A stretch of DNA of 64,000 nt from Neodothiora populina (taxonomy: Eukaryota), in the NCBI RefSeq assembly GCF_041146345.1, contig NW_027191405.1, positions 558,001 to 622,000 on the forward strand. The letters run 5' to 3'. Below the pieces are notes generated by a model. The model had not been told where the DNA came from and ran no database searches. It saw nothing but the letters and a program-made list of their open reading frames with translations. The position numbers were made by a program, and so were the translations under genes. Below, piece by piece: positions 1 through 14,597 of this stretch (positions are counted from its first letter, which is position 1; the number at the start of each line of letters is the position of its first letter).

Positions 1-78
1 GAGATTTATCTATAACCACGACATTTTGACTTGTCGCTATACCCGGAACTTCACATCGCATCTCAAACTCAGCACACA

Positions 79-575
79 ATGGTACATGATAACCCTTTCG
101 CCCACCCACCTTTCAAGTCCACAACAGTAATGGCGCGCTTGCATTTATACATGCGTAGCTTCCATTCTTTCTCGGAAGCAAAAAATAGAAGATCAACAGG
201 GTATATAAAAGACCAAAGAGCTAACCCCCCTTTCGCACAGCTCGGACAACTCGTAGGCGGCTCAATGCTCGTAGCATCAACAGCGATATTCCTTTACTAC
301 ACGATATGGACTCTCCTGATGGTACATCTCCTTCGCCCCTCCCTCCCTTCCTCTCTCTACCTCCACCAATAAATACTGACCACAAAAAAAAGCCCTTCGT
401 CGACCCCTCGCACCCCTCCCAATCTCTCTTCCCACCCCGCGTATGGGCGATCCGCATCCCCGTCATCCTGATCCTCGTGGGTGGCGCCGTGGTCGGCAGT
501 TTCTTGTCGCTGGTCATGATCAAGAGTAATAGGAAGAGGGCGCTCAAGGCTGCGCAGGCGCAGAAGAAGAAGTAG
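79..575 (+). CDS. DPM2: Dolichol-phosphate mannosyltransferase regulatory subunit; exons 79-81, 241-321, 393-575
   Basis: Spliced product MLGQLVGGSMLVASTAIFLYYTIWTLLM-PFVDPSHPSQSLFPPRVWAIRIPVILIL... has two hydrophobic helices and the DPM2-type YYT.W...PF.D..H...FPPR.WA..IP pattern. Both introns start GTACAT and have CTAAC/CTGAC branch sites. The first exon is the ATG alone. Confidence 0.9.
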
Positions 576-1035
576 ATGGATCGGAGTAGATGAGTCGAAG
601 AGCGGAGATATGTGGGACGAGAATGGGATGGGGTTGGCGGGTATGAGCAACAGGGGGGATTAGAAGGCAGGAGCTAGGATATGGGGGCGTCGGTCTTCCC
701 TCCTTTGAGTCTGTACCTGTTCCTTTGGTGATTGTATGGGGACTGGAAAGGGAACGAAAAGAGGGCGCACGTATACATCTTGTGTTTGGACTGAAAAAAA
801 GAACATATATATCTCATCTTCCAAAGAAGCTTTTATCAAAGATCAAGCAGCTATGATTTAAGAGCTCGAAGAAGTGATACACTGTTGCAAAGTGCCATTC
901 GTGCTGAGAACGGCTTCTGTCACCACTCAGACTCCCATAGTCTATGGACTACATGCGCTCTTCTCTTGTGCAACATATCTTCTCGTGTACCATTACCAAA
1001 GAGTGAAAAGAGCTGTCTCTGACTCAAGTTCTATC

Positions 1036-1976
1036 TCACATGATCACACAATCGTCTCCAATGACTATTCGTCCGCCGACTGTACCAATAGCCGCACCTT
1101 CATCATCATCACCGTCTTCTCCTGTTGCACCCTCGGCTCTTCTTCGTCGAATATGCTGGGCCAGCGTCGCGAGCATGCTCCTCTGTGAAAGACTTCATTA
1201 GCTGGTGATACAAAAGAATACATGTCAAAGATGAACTTACAGTGACAAAAGCTTCGTTATTGCCGCCTTGTCTGTCGACATCGTTGCGACTGACAATTTG
1301 GTACTCTTTGTGCATTCGCTTCCTTGAAGTCAATCCTCCTGGTGCCACGTACTCCTCATCTTCGTCCATGTCGCCATCTGTACCACGAACCGGCATCGCG
1401 GGTTCGGACGTGCTTGCCATTGTCGCTCGCCAAGGTTGGCGTCTGTTTCTGCCCCAAGAGACTCCCGATATGCTGGAAAAGTCACTAGCATCGACAGCCT
1501 CGATACCACGGCCAAGTCTTGCCGCCTCTCTCGCCCTGAAGTCAGGCGAGAAGATCTTGATTGTGTGGTCGATTCCACTGACTGCGAGCAATGGCTCGTA
1601 AGGATGCCCTTGCATTACATTGACAACTTCGCCATCTCCCTCGAGAATGTTGACAAGCTGACCGCTCTTCCGATCCCAGATGAAGAGGTTTCCGTCATCT
1701 GATCCGGACATAACGTACTCGTCCTGCAAACCAAAATAGTTGACGTCTTTGACTGTTCTCACATTGCAGTGCCCAGCATAGACCCTGTTGTGTGTTGCGC
1801 AAGCAACATTTTCCTCAACCTTCTCCCGCAGTCGCCGTCGCTCGAAGGCGCTCCTGTAGAGTGGCAGACCGTACTCCTCATCATCGTCCTCGTCCTCCTC
1901 TTCGTCAACCTCCTCTTCCTCTTCTTCGATACGCTCGCCATCACCATGTGTGTCTGCATCCTCGTCATCATCGTCG

Positions 1977-2007
<31 letters not shown>

Positions 2008-4492
2008 ACTCTTCATCGAACTCTTCTGCATCGCTTCCTTCCACTCGGTTTACCACGGCGGTGCGGAAACCCTCCACTGTGACATCTTCGTCGGCATATA
2101 CGGTTCCTAGATCGTCGACTGCGAGAGTGGGCGGCGATATGTGATTGATCATCTCGAACGCCTCGACGGCTGGCTCCGCTTCATCGGGGTCGATATCCTG
2201 CTGCCGTTCAAGGATACTAGCTTCTTCTCGGAGGGTATGTGTGCCGAGACCACCAAAAGCATGATCTACAAAGGCAAAATTGACGCCTTCGCCCGCGTTC
2301 ATCAATAAACCGCGAGCCACTTCATAACCCCAGTGAAGTAGGGCTGTAGTTCTATCCTGCGCAAACGCTCTGCGCCCCTCGACGAGACTTGAACCTTCCA
2401 GCGCCGAGTCTGGCGTGTATGCGAGGTCGGTGAATGGAATTTGAAGTGCTGCAGCAAAAGCTGCGACAGCTGCCTTCTCACTAGCATAGAGTATCCGGTT
2501 CTCGTCGGTCTCGAACCTCGAAGCATCGACATTCACCACCGGTCTGTCAGACGCAAGCTCCATCAGATAGGGTATGAGCAGGTCATCCATTGCTTGGAAG
2601 CCCGAATTCTTTGGCACAGGTAATCGCAGTGCATGACGCGCCATGGGTGATGCGCTTGAAAAGCCTTCCAGCAGCGTACCAATGCCACTGGCAAGCCATA
2701 GAAAAATAGCTTTGAGGAAGTCGTAGCCAAATATCTCATGCTTCGGTGCGTCCGGCCCTTCATTAGGAATGAAAGTGATTGCACTAAAGTGGGACAATGT
2801 CGCAGACTGGCCTGGCGTCTGTAGTATGCCACCAAGTGCTCGTGCAATGACGCCAGCGGCCTGAACGAAGCGGCAAGCAGAATCTCTTTGCGAGCGTAGA
2901 GTTCGGTGAAGGATAACATCCTCGACCAGACCATCGATGGGATACCGCCAGTCTCGGCTTATCGTGAGGAACTCGGGGTAGATCGTTGCGGCATAGCCCA
3001 AGACAGAGGTGAATGAGGCGGCATGTCCGGTAATGTCTCGCTGAGATGTATTTGCAGCAGGTCCCAAGGTGAACATGCTCTTCCGCAATTGCACTACGTT
3101 TCTCGCAAGCCGATATGATCTACGTTGGGCGTCTGTAAGTACAGATTCACGCAAAGAAGATAATGGACTGGCAGGACGCGGCGAACTGTCGATGGGAATG
3201 TCTTCCGTCTGCCCGTTCTGGTATTGTACTCTTAAAGCCATCTCGCCTTCATAATTAGATGATGCGGGCGTCTCAGTCCGTTGCCTAGATTCCGCTCGCG
3301 AGGTCCCCTCTTGAGAAAGCGAACGCTGGCTTCCGGCTTTCCTCTTTCGCTTTCTTTCGTTACTCTCTCTGGCTCTTCGGCTAGTACCTACACTTGACGA
3401 AGGTGAGGCGGTTCCTATTTGTTCACTGACATCGGGGCTTCGCAGCAAGTCGAAGCTGTAGATGTGATCGCCTGACCAGCTGACAATCATCTCGTTAGGA
3501 AAGGCATCACTGATCTTGCAGGCGGTGATATGTCCGTTGTCTGTGCGTCGCATTTTAGGCTGACCATTAGGTGCAAACTTTCTCACGCAGCGTGTAGCTT
3601 GACTCAGCAGGTCTGCATCTTCGGCTGTGGTTGTGGGGAAAGTAGGAGATGCACCACGCTCCAACAGTATGTCTCTGCCTGTCATTCTCCGATCGTGCAG
3701 AAAGCAGTGAAGGTGAGCCCCTCCAAGAGCGATATAGTGTGGCTGACTAGGAGAGCAAGAGATGGTATTGAGATCAAGGTTGTATCGCTTGTACGAGATC
3801 AAGGGAGGAGGGACGTTGGAGTCGTCTGAACTCACGAAACGACTTCCGGGGGATGGGTAAGCCGAGGACGGTTGCCTCAGATCCCACTGTCGGACCTCGC
3901 CGTCCTCTGAGCAAGTCATGAAGAGATGCGGCGAAGACTCAGTGACGATTCTTTTGACCCGATCGCCGTGGGACCGGTAGACACGGCAATTAGTATTCCC
4001 ATCTGTTAGGTAACGAGTGTCGTTGCGGAGGGCACTGGTCACACCTTGTCGTCGACCTTGAGTGGACAGTGACGATGCCGCCGATGGCTGTGAGCTAGCT
4101 CCGGCATATTCGAGATCAAACACCCTGACTTCGGAGTCACCAGCGGCAGTGATGAGGGTACGATCATTGGAGTGAGGCATAAATTTCACAGAGAATATGT
4201 TGGCGGTATGGCCGGTGGCCACAGTAGTGGTCAGAGCGAACTGCGAGATGGAGTGATCAGGCTGGTAAGTATGGATGTTCAAGTGCTGATCATCAGACCC
4301 CGAGGCAAGGAGTCGACCGGACTTGGCCCAAGACAAGGCATTTACACATCCAGAGTGTCCATCGAGTTCATTTACGATGTCCAGATTCTTGATCCAGCTC
4401 TTGTCGCCGTACAGTGATCGGATCTTCCTGATTCCTCCAAGCGAGTCTTGCAGCTCTCGTCTCAGGAGAGTTTCACCGAGAGCGTCCCTCAT
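1036..4492 (-). CDS. DCAF6/DCAF8-like (iqw1-like) WD40 protein, putative CUL4-DDB1 substrate receptor; exons 4492-1241, 1182-1036
   Basis: N-terminal WD40 repeats (GHSGCVNALSW, GHTANIFSVKF, QWDLR WDxR motif), a long insertion with an acidic tract, then C-terminal repeats (YAGHCNVRTVKDVNYFG, SGSDDGNLFIWD). Intron 1240-1183 (GTAAGT...GCTAAT...CACAG) leads in frame to a final exon ending DDCVIM*. Confidence 0.85.
1963..2008. repeat. (TCA/TCG)n trinucleotide repeat encoding poly-Asp in the WD40 protein
   Basis: Run of tcatcatca... visible directly; reads as a poly-D tract on the minus strand. Confidence 0.9.
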
Positions 4493-6326
4493 TTTGTGAG
4501 CGAGGCTAGATGGTACTGTGGTCTCGAGGTAGATAGCAAGAGTATTTAATGATTCAGCGAGCGAGGATCAAATTGTGTAAGCTTGCGAAGCAAGTTACTA
4601 AAAACATGGTTTGAGTCGACTTAGTCCCTTCCAATAACAAATGGCTAATTGTGAGACTGCAGGGAGCTGCTCGATCCAAGATTGACCATCTGCTAGTTAC
4701 AGGATGCTACAGCACTCTACCTCGGAGACAATATAACGATCCTTTTGCTCGTCGTAGTACAGATGGCATGGTATGTCATCAGACATGACTGGGAAGTGAC
4801 CTAAAGTACCCCACATCTCGGCAAGTGCGCGCCGAAACGCCTTCCGCAAAGCGCAGCTTCCAGTAGGGTTCGTGTGGTCTGGACAGGAACCTCAAGCTCG
4901 AGTTATGAATAAAAGTGTAATCGGAATACCTGCTAAGAGAAGGTCCGGTATGTGTTCTGTGGGAGTAGAACACAAGCTAGACAAGGTACGATGTCTTATT
5001 CAAGGCAATGTGAGTCAAAGTAGGCATATTGGATTTCAGCCATGCCTGAGCCTGGGCCGCAACGGCAAGAGAAGAAGAAGTTATCAAGTGTTCATTACTT
5101 ATTCACATCAGGCTGGCTCGGTTGACAATAATGAATTGTGGATCAGCACCAAGGTATATCTATTGTATTCCATTTGTGTTATATTAGAAGGCAGTCGTCT
5201 CGGCGACCGACGTCTCTAAACGGTCATGCTGCTCTCGACGTTTGTTGGGCGAAGCAGTTTCAGTTGCTATGGGGTTGGCGTCTACTGTAACAATACTCTA
5301 CTTACATTGTTCGAGTTGCCGCTTGAGATGAAGAGCCATTAGTGGTTACGCAATGGTTAGTCAAGCATGAAATGTTGCAAGCTGTGTAAGGTCCATTGAG
5401 TTGACCAGTGGTACAGTAAGGTATGATTGTACAACAGCTCTACAGCAGCGTGTCATAATTACTGGAGCTGCTGTGTCGCATCAATTACAGTGTTTAAGCA
5501 CGGATCCCAAGAGTCAAGTAATATAACAGTCAGAGTCATATCTCATGTACTTTGCAATACGGTATTATTCATACCAAAGGCATATCACACAGTTTTTCTC
5601 CCCCCAATCTCTATATTGTCCAATCGGAGTCAGTCTCTCATTGCACGCACGCCCAAGATCCAGTCCAGTCCAGTCTGGGCCTTTCGCCTTTTCGCCCACA
5701 TCCTCGACGCTCGCCGATCACATCTTTTCGCCCGCGCGCAGTGATACGCTACAGTGTATTTGCTGTAACCGTACCCTACTTTCACTTATTTAGTGTTGCG
5801 CTTCAGTCCCGCCCTCAGGGTCAAACCAGATCTGACGCGGTACCCGTTCTAGTGCCCTGTATCTGTACAGTACCTACTATCTACAGTACAGTACGGCGCC
5901 TTCGTACAGTACGGTACAGTACCGTAGAGTACGATAGACACACAGTACTTGTAGACTCTGAGCAAACATTGAAAAGTCACTCTGTCTTAAAAATCCACAT
6001 TTCCTGCCAGAGGAGAATAGGACCTGGTGCAATACCACGGTCTCTTTCACCCTCTCGCCCCCTTCTTCTCCACGACGGCGCACTCACCCCTCCCTCCTGA
6101 CGACTCGTCACGTCCCCTGTCAACGAGATCTTCAACCGCTTCGTCTCTCGATATCGCAAGTCACCTTACCACCGCAAGCTCAATCCTCTGGGACCCCCGC
6201 TACACCAACCGAGCCCCGCCCCGTCCTCGCCTGCACCCCACCCACGTCGGCACTCTTTCTCTTGAGAACCGATCAGACTCAACAATCAGCGTCCGAAGTC
6301 TAGGCGGAAGCCAGAGAATACCACAG

Positions 6327-7353
6327 ATGGACAAGCGCCACCCGAGTTCCTTCCAGCAGCTGGAGAAGCTGGGAGAGGGCACCTATGCTACAGTACGTTG
6401 CATCTGCAAATAGTCACATCGCCAGGGATTACTGACTCGTTTTCCATCAGGTCTTCAAGGGTCGAAATCGCCAGACGGGCGAGTTTGTCGCGCTCAAGGA
6501 GATTCATCTCGACTCAGAAGAGGGCACTCCCAGCACCGCTATCCGCGAAATCTCATTGATGAAAGAGCTGAAGCACGAGAACATTGTCCGCCTTCACGAT
6601 GTTATTCACACCGAGAACAAGCTCATGCTCGTCTTCGAACACATGGACAAGGACCTAAAGAAATACATGGACTCGCGCGGCGACCGCGGCATGCTCGATC
6701 CCGTCACCATCAAGTCCTTCATGTACCAACTGCTGCTGGGCATCGCTTTCTGCCATGACAACCGTGTCTTGCACCGTGATCTCAAGCCGCAGAACCTCCT
6801 CATCAACGGCAAGGGCCAGCTCAAGCTTGCCGACTTCGGTCTTGCCAGAGCATTCGGCATTCCTGTAAACACCTTCTCCAACGAGGTCGTGACCCTGTGG
6901 TACCGCGCCCCTGACGTCCTTCTTGGCTCGAGGACTTACAACACTTCGATCGACATCTGGTCCGCTGGTTGCATCATGGCAGAAATGTACACCGGTCGCC
7001 CGCTTTTCCCAGGCACCACAAATGAAGATCAATTACAAAAGATCTTCCGTCTCATGGGTACCCCTTCGGAACGCTCGTGGCCTGGCATCTCGCAATTCCC
7101 CGAATACAAGACCAACTTCACCGTCTATCACACCCAAGACTTGCACCACATCCTACCTCAAATCGACCCGGTCGGCCTCTCCCTGCTCCAGGCTATGTTG
7201 CAAATGCGCCCCGAATTGCGCATCTCGGCCCAGGCCGCCCTCGTCCACCCATGGTTCGCCGATCTCGCTCAACTGAGGCAGCAACAACAAGCTTCCCAGA
7301 TGCATCAGCAACAGCAGATGGGCAACATGGTCCCACCCCAGAGGGCCTACTGA
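6327..7353 (+). CDS. PHO85: Cyclin-dependent kinase Pho85/PhoA; exons 6327-6392, 6451-7353
   Basis: [108 protein letters not shown]. Intron GTACGT...CTGAC...CAG. Confidence 0.96.
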
Positions 7354-8852
7354 TGAATGACACGATGCACAAGAGACATGGCAAGCTGGTGTTTTTCGAT
7401 GGTTTCGAGAGGAATCCTTTTGGAGTTTGGCGAGGTTAAAGTAAAGCTATTTTGGCCATGCAGCCTGGCAAAGCATTAATCATTCCATGGAGAGAATGAA
7501 GAGGAATGGAGTTGTTTCTTTACCCAATCAGATAGGTTCTAATTCTACCACGCACGAGCGCGTTATAATCAGTACCTCGTACCATAAGGTATGCACGACT
7601 TGCTTGGCTAGATTCAGCCCTAGCATTGACAGTGATTTCCGCGATCATTTCCTTTGGTGTATCTTTAATATCTATAATTAGTGCGAGAGTGGTAACGTCG
7701 AATGCTTGTTATCTTCCTCTCATCCCTATCTTTCACAATCACTCGGCACAGATTCGGTTTTCTTGGGAACATTTCTTTGGTACTTCCAATCCGCTGCGTG
7801 CCGATATGGTCTCGCGCGAGTGATTCAGGTTTATCACAGCAGTGGCTTCAGAGGTGTTTCGCAAGAGGAAAGATGATTGCGAGCATGCGAAGCAGCTACA
7901 ATGACTCGAAGTCCAATATCCTCAATGTTGATGTTGGATGAGTCGTTTTATATGATCACCACTGACATTTGTTTGATATACTCAAATTTACCCATTACAT
8001 GACTGAAATATACAATAGACTCTCAAACCCCGGGGGTTTTTACGTAAAAACGTCACCTCGCAGTCTGGGGCCCGCACATCACGTCGTCGTCGGCTGTGCA
8101 CACTGCAAAAGTGAGGGCGCACGCACGTGCGGCTTTACCGTCAGTGGCCGATGGTGAGAACTCTATTTCTGCGAGCAAAAGGCCACGGCACCAAGCCATC
8201 AGCGGAAACGCCCACGTAAACCTGTATGATTTATCGTTCTGGTCGTGGGGCTAGATTGAATGAGTGAGGCGTAAGGCAAGGTTGATTTTCGTGGTCCGCC
8301 GTCGAGTGTTCCATCATGTAATTCGGTTGCTCATAATCAATCTATTGCCGGGCCCTGCTGCGCTCGTCACCTATGTACAACCTTACCAATTGCTGTCGTT
8401 TCCCTCTCTGTCTGTGCCTACCTACGGTGCCGTTCTCGTTTCCTTATCTCTGATCTACAGTATCAGTGTTGTTCTACTGCTATCGCTAGACGTTCCCTGC
8501 TGTGGGTCTCTTAAAATAGTGGTGCTGTAACCTACAAGTAAACTACCTGACCTTTTCCATTGCTCCTGGCTTTCGTGAACGCTTTGTCTGTTCACAGGTG
8601 TCGCGTGTCTTTCGTCTAGATATAACATATCCTTGGTCACAAAAAGTCAATCAGACCTAGGCAATTGAATTCACCATCGTCGCTCTCTGCCTGAAGTCAT
8701 CTACTGTTCTTTGTCAACTAAGCTCAAGTCGTCTCATCAAAGACAACTGTGATATTGGTCCCCGAGTCGCTGGTCCATTTTAACAGCGCTATACGCACTC
8801 AACACTTAGGTGCATTCTTATACTCTTCGACTCTATCGAAACATATTATATC

Positions 8853-10636
8853 ATGGACGCTGAACGCACGTCTCGCCGGAGTCGTTCAATCGACGTCGGC
8901 GCAGATGCCGACTTGGCCAAACTGGGCTATAAATCCGAGCTTCCCAGGAATCTGAGTATGATGAGTGTACTCGGCATGTATGTTGAATGTGTTCGAGAAG
9001 CGTCAGATCCTGGAGACTAATATCAACGCAGGTCGTTTGCGATCATGGCTGTACCATTCGGTTTGTCGACGACGTTTTATATCACTCTTGCAGATGGCCA
9101 AAGTGTGACTATTCTGTGGGGCTGGGTCCTTGTATCACTTATTTCGTTGTCCATTGCTGCCTCCCTGGCCGAGATCTGTGCCGTGTTTCCCACCGCAGGT
9201 AAGTTCCTCATCTAAAGATATGCTCCAAATACTAAGATCTGTTCGTACAAGGCGGTGTGTACTACTGGAGTGCTATGCTCTCAACCAAGGAATGGGCTCC
9301 TATCGCTTCGTGGATTACTGGATGGCTCACTTTAGTCGGCAACTGGACTGTAACACTCAGTATCAACTTCTCAGGTGGTCAACTCATCCTTTCGGCAATC
9401 AGTCTTTGGAACGACGGATGGGCGCCGAACGCTTATCAGACCGTCCTCTGCTTCTGGGCTGTCATGCTCGTCTGCATGTGCATCAACATCTTCGGTGCCA
9501 AATACCTGGACTTGATCAACAAGGTTTGTATTTACTGGACTGGTGCCAGCGTCATCATCATCATGATCACCCTCTTGACCATGTCCGACAACTACCGAAG
9601 CGGCGAATACGTCTTTGCTCATTACGATGCCTCTGGCAGCGGATGGTAAGTCAAGTGGTATCAATATGGCTTAGATACAGCGCTGACATTGTATGACAGG
9701 CCAGCTGGATGGGCGTTCTTCGTCGGTCTCCTACAGGCCGCTTACACTCTTACTGGTTACGGAATGGTGGCTGCCATGTGTGAAGAGGTCCAAAACCCGC
9801 ACCGTGAGGTGCCAAAGGCAATAGTCTTGTCTGTCGCTGCAGCTGGCTTCACCGGTGTCATCTACCTGATCCCAATTCTTTTCGTGCTTCCGGATCCTCA
9901 GATGCTTCTCGACGTCGCGAACGGCCAGCCCATCGGTCTTCTGTTCAAGACTGTCACCGGATCTGCTGCAGGTGGTTTCGGACTTCTTTTCTTGTTGCTC
10001 GGTATCTTGATCTTCGCCGGTACTGGAGCGCTCACTGCTGCGAGTCGCTGCACATATGCATTTGCCAGAGACGGAGCCATCCCCGGATCTCGGCTGTGGT
10101 CCAAGGTCGACAAGCGCTTCGACATCCCCATGAACGCGCTTATTCTCGCGACCGTGATCGACTGCCTGCTCGGCCTCATCTACTTTGGCTCCACAGCAGC
10201 ATTCAACGCCTTCACCGGTGTCGCGACCATCTGTCTCAGCTGTTCCTATGGTATCCCAATCCTTGTGAGCGTGTTGCGCGGTCGCCAGATGGTCAAGGGC
10301 TCCACATTCTCTCTCGGCAGATTCGGCCTTGCCATCAACATTGTCACCATCTGCTGGATCTCGCTTGCGATCATCCTCTTCTGCATGCCCGTCACGCTCC
10401 CCGTGGATGAGACAGACATGAACTACGCCTCTGTGCTGCTGGTCGGTTTCGCCACCATCAGTATGATCTACTACTTCATCCGCGGACGCAAGAACTTCCG
10501 AGGCCCTCCCGTTGCCTCCATCGAAGATCCAAAGAGCGTGGGCGTCGTGCAGGGTCAAGCGATTGCGGATATCGAGAAGTACACGACCAATTCTTCTGTG
10601 GATCAGAAGACGCCGTCGAATGAGCTTAAGGCGTAA
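8853..10636 (+). CDS. APC-superfamily amino acid/GABA/polyamine permease (UGA4/TPO5/GPT1-like); exons 8853-8977, 9032-9198, 9252-9645, 9700-10636
   Basis: LAKLGYKSELPRNLS, SFAIMAVPFGLSTT, SLAEICAVFPTAGGVYYW, GYGMVAAMCEEVQNPHREVPKAI, SRCTYAFARDGAIPGS. Many TM helices and three canonical introns. Substrate is inferred, not shown. Confidence 0.9.
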
Positions 10637-12092
10637 GAAGAGCACGGAAAGGTACGCAATGTAAAGAAGAGATGAAGGATTTTTCCGCATGCACATGATT
10701 TTAGTTCAACAGACTTTCTGTTTCGTAGGACCTACACGTTTTTCTTGTCGTTTTTACCCACCTGCTGTATATACCCTTTACCTTTTCCCCCTTGATCTTC
10801 CTGTCTTCACTCGACGTCCAGTCGCATGTATAGTGACTACTCTCCTCGCTTACCTGAGAAACATGAATCATTCATCTATCCGCCCTTCATGATTCAGTCA
10901 GCAAACACATCCACATTCGAACAAGTCGATCTTCCCTCTTCCGAGATAGATCGACCGAACCGAAGGACCGTCCGAATTCGGAGAGTCGCGAGCTTCCGTT
11001 TTCTAGTTCCCATAAGCGCCCCCGGCTCAGGTGAGCTTTTACGGCCCGTTAGTCATGATGAAGGCGATAGTGTGACATGACATTGTCGGATTACTGTCCG
11101 GATTAGTGCCTCTATCTGACTCAGGTTTGTCATAGTATCTGTGGTGTGTTGCGGTGCGAAAACATAAGACACGAATAGATTGACTGTTTTCGCAGGGAAG
11201 ATGCAGACTCGATGTGATCTGATAGGATAGATGACTGATTTACTTTAGGTTGGATAGTTGCATGATGGCGATCTGTGGAATAATTCTTCCTTGCAGGTAC
11301 TTTATTGTAGATCGTTGCATGTAACATCTACTGTATAAGAATCTGACGAGATATACAACAGAGGTCAAAGATCTGGTATATGAATACAGCATTACTGGAG
11401 CTTGATCATTCTCACTTCTAGTACCTACCACGAGAACCTGGCGGCCGAAACCCTTACACTTGCCCTTCTAGCCTCCGAGGTTCTCTGTACTCAGCGGCTC
11501 ACATTGACTATAAAACAGCGTGAATTGTCCATGTAAGCAAACCCACAAGACCCAAGAAAAAAATCGCAATAGCACGCAATCCGCCAACCCAAAGCCAGCA
11601 GCCACGCGCAGTCACGGTCTGCATCATACCCAGCATGCCACATCCATATCCCCGCACCCACTAGACAGCGGGGTTTAGAAGGACATAAGCGCGAGCTTGT
11701 GTATTTTCTACTGTAGCATCGCGTGGCCTACGAGGGGCATTAACCTAGGCTTACTGATGAGGGAAAGTGCTGTGGCTTTTTGGCTTTTCTGCATCCCGTG
11801 AGTTGCGTGAGAGGAGCGCGGAAGTGCAGAGTAGATCATTTATGGTCCTGCTTGCGTGCTTTGCTTGTTGCGATTGTCGGCGCTGCATGAGGTAAGGTAT
11901 GCGCGCGGGGAGGTTTAGGTCGGTAAGGTATGACTAGATGGGTAGGGATGGGTCATCTTTGTAGATGTGGTAGGAGGCATGACTCTTTTGTTTATCTTGT
12001 GTTCTTGTCCCTTTTCTTTCCTTTGCTTCTTCTTTGTTGACTTGCATACTACTACGTGGGAGGTTTATGTGACATACTCGGCTTCAACCACA

Positions 12093-12170
12093 GTGAGTCT
12101 CGTGCCTGTGCCGCGCTTTTTTATGCGCTCTTTTACTTGTTCTACGTATAACTGACATTGGATCACACAG
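12093..12170 (+). other. Putative 5'-UTR intron of MET17
   Basis: GTGAGT donor at 12093, pyrimidine tract, ACTGAC branch site at 12151, CACAG acceptor ending 12170, 52 nt before the ATG. Confidence 0.55.
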
Positions 12171-12222
12171 GCTCACGTACATCGAAAAGACAACCACCCG
12201 AATACTGCAAGACTCATTCACA

Positions 12223-14068
<1,846 letters not shown>

Positions 14069-14597
14069 TGGCAGTTTGTTTCTTGTTGCTACCATGTCTT
14101 GTTATGTCTGTGTGCTTTCGCAAGGGGGATATGTTCGACGGAGGGGTGTTCCAATCGACTATCTGTCGGCAAGGAGATAAGTGGAAAATGAAAACGATAC
14201 GAAGCATGCGCCACTCGCACTCTTTCATGTGTGACTAGACCGAGAAAGCAGGCAAATGTGTGAGAAAGACGGATGTGAACCTTATAACCAATTCAACATC
14301 CGAACAGTTGTTGTAGTCGAACTAATCACTTACTTTGCTACTTCTCACGGCACACGAAGAGTCTCACGTTACTTCTTTTAGAGTTCACACGCTGATAAGT
14401 AGAAGCAGAAGCAGCGAATCAGGACGATAGCGCGAGCAGCGGAGTAAGACTTGACATCATACAAGCGATCTCCATCCGCATGTTTCTGTTTTCTCATCAA
14501 AGCCATCTGCTTACTGACGGGCTGCGATGGCGAGTTGGGGTGGTGAATAAGGAGGGAAAAGAAAATATATAATAAACATGTGACGATAGGGTTTTAT

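Noticed and set aside
9731..10696. 321-aa antisense ORF over the permease, and similar shadows over QCR2, KSP1, USP, MAK10 and YME2
   Set aside because: Shadow ORFs of GC3-rich genes with no recognisable motifs.
11051..11125. Possible C/D box snoRNA (ATGATGA ... CTGA, ~65 nt)
   Set aside because: Terminal stem only about 2 bp and no rRNA-complementary guide recognised; a snoscan/Infernal run would be needed.
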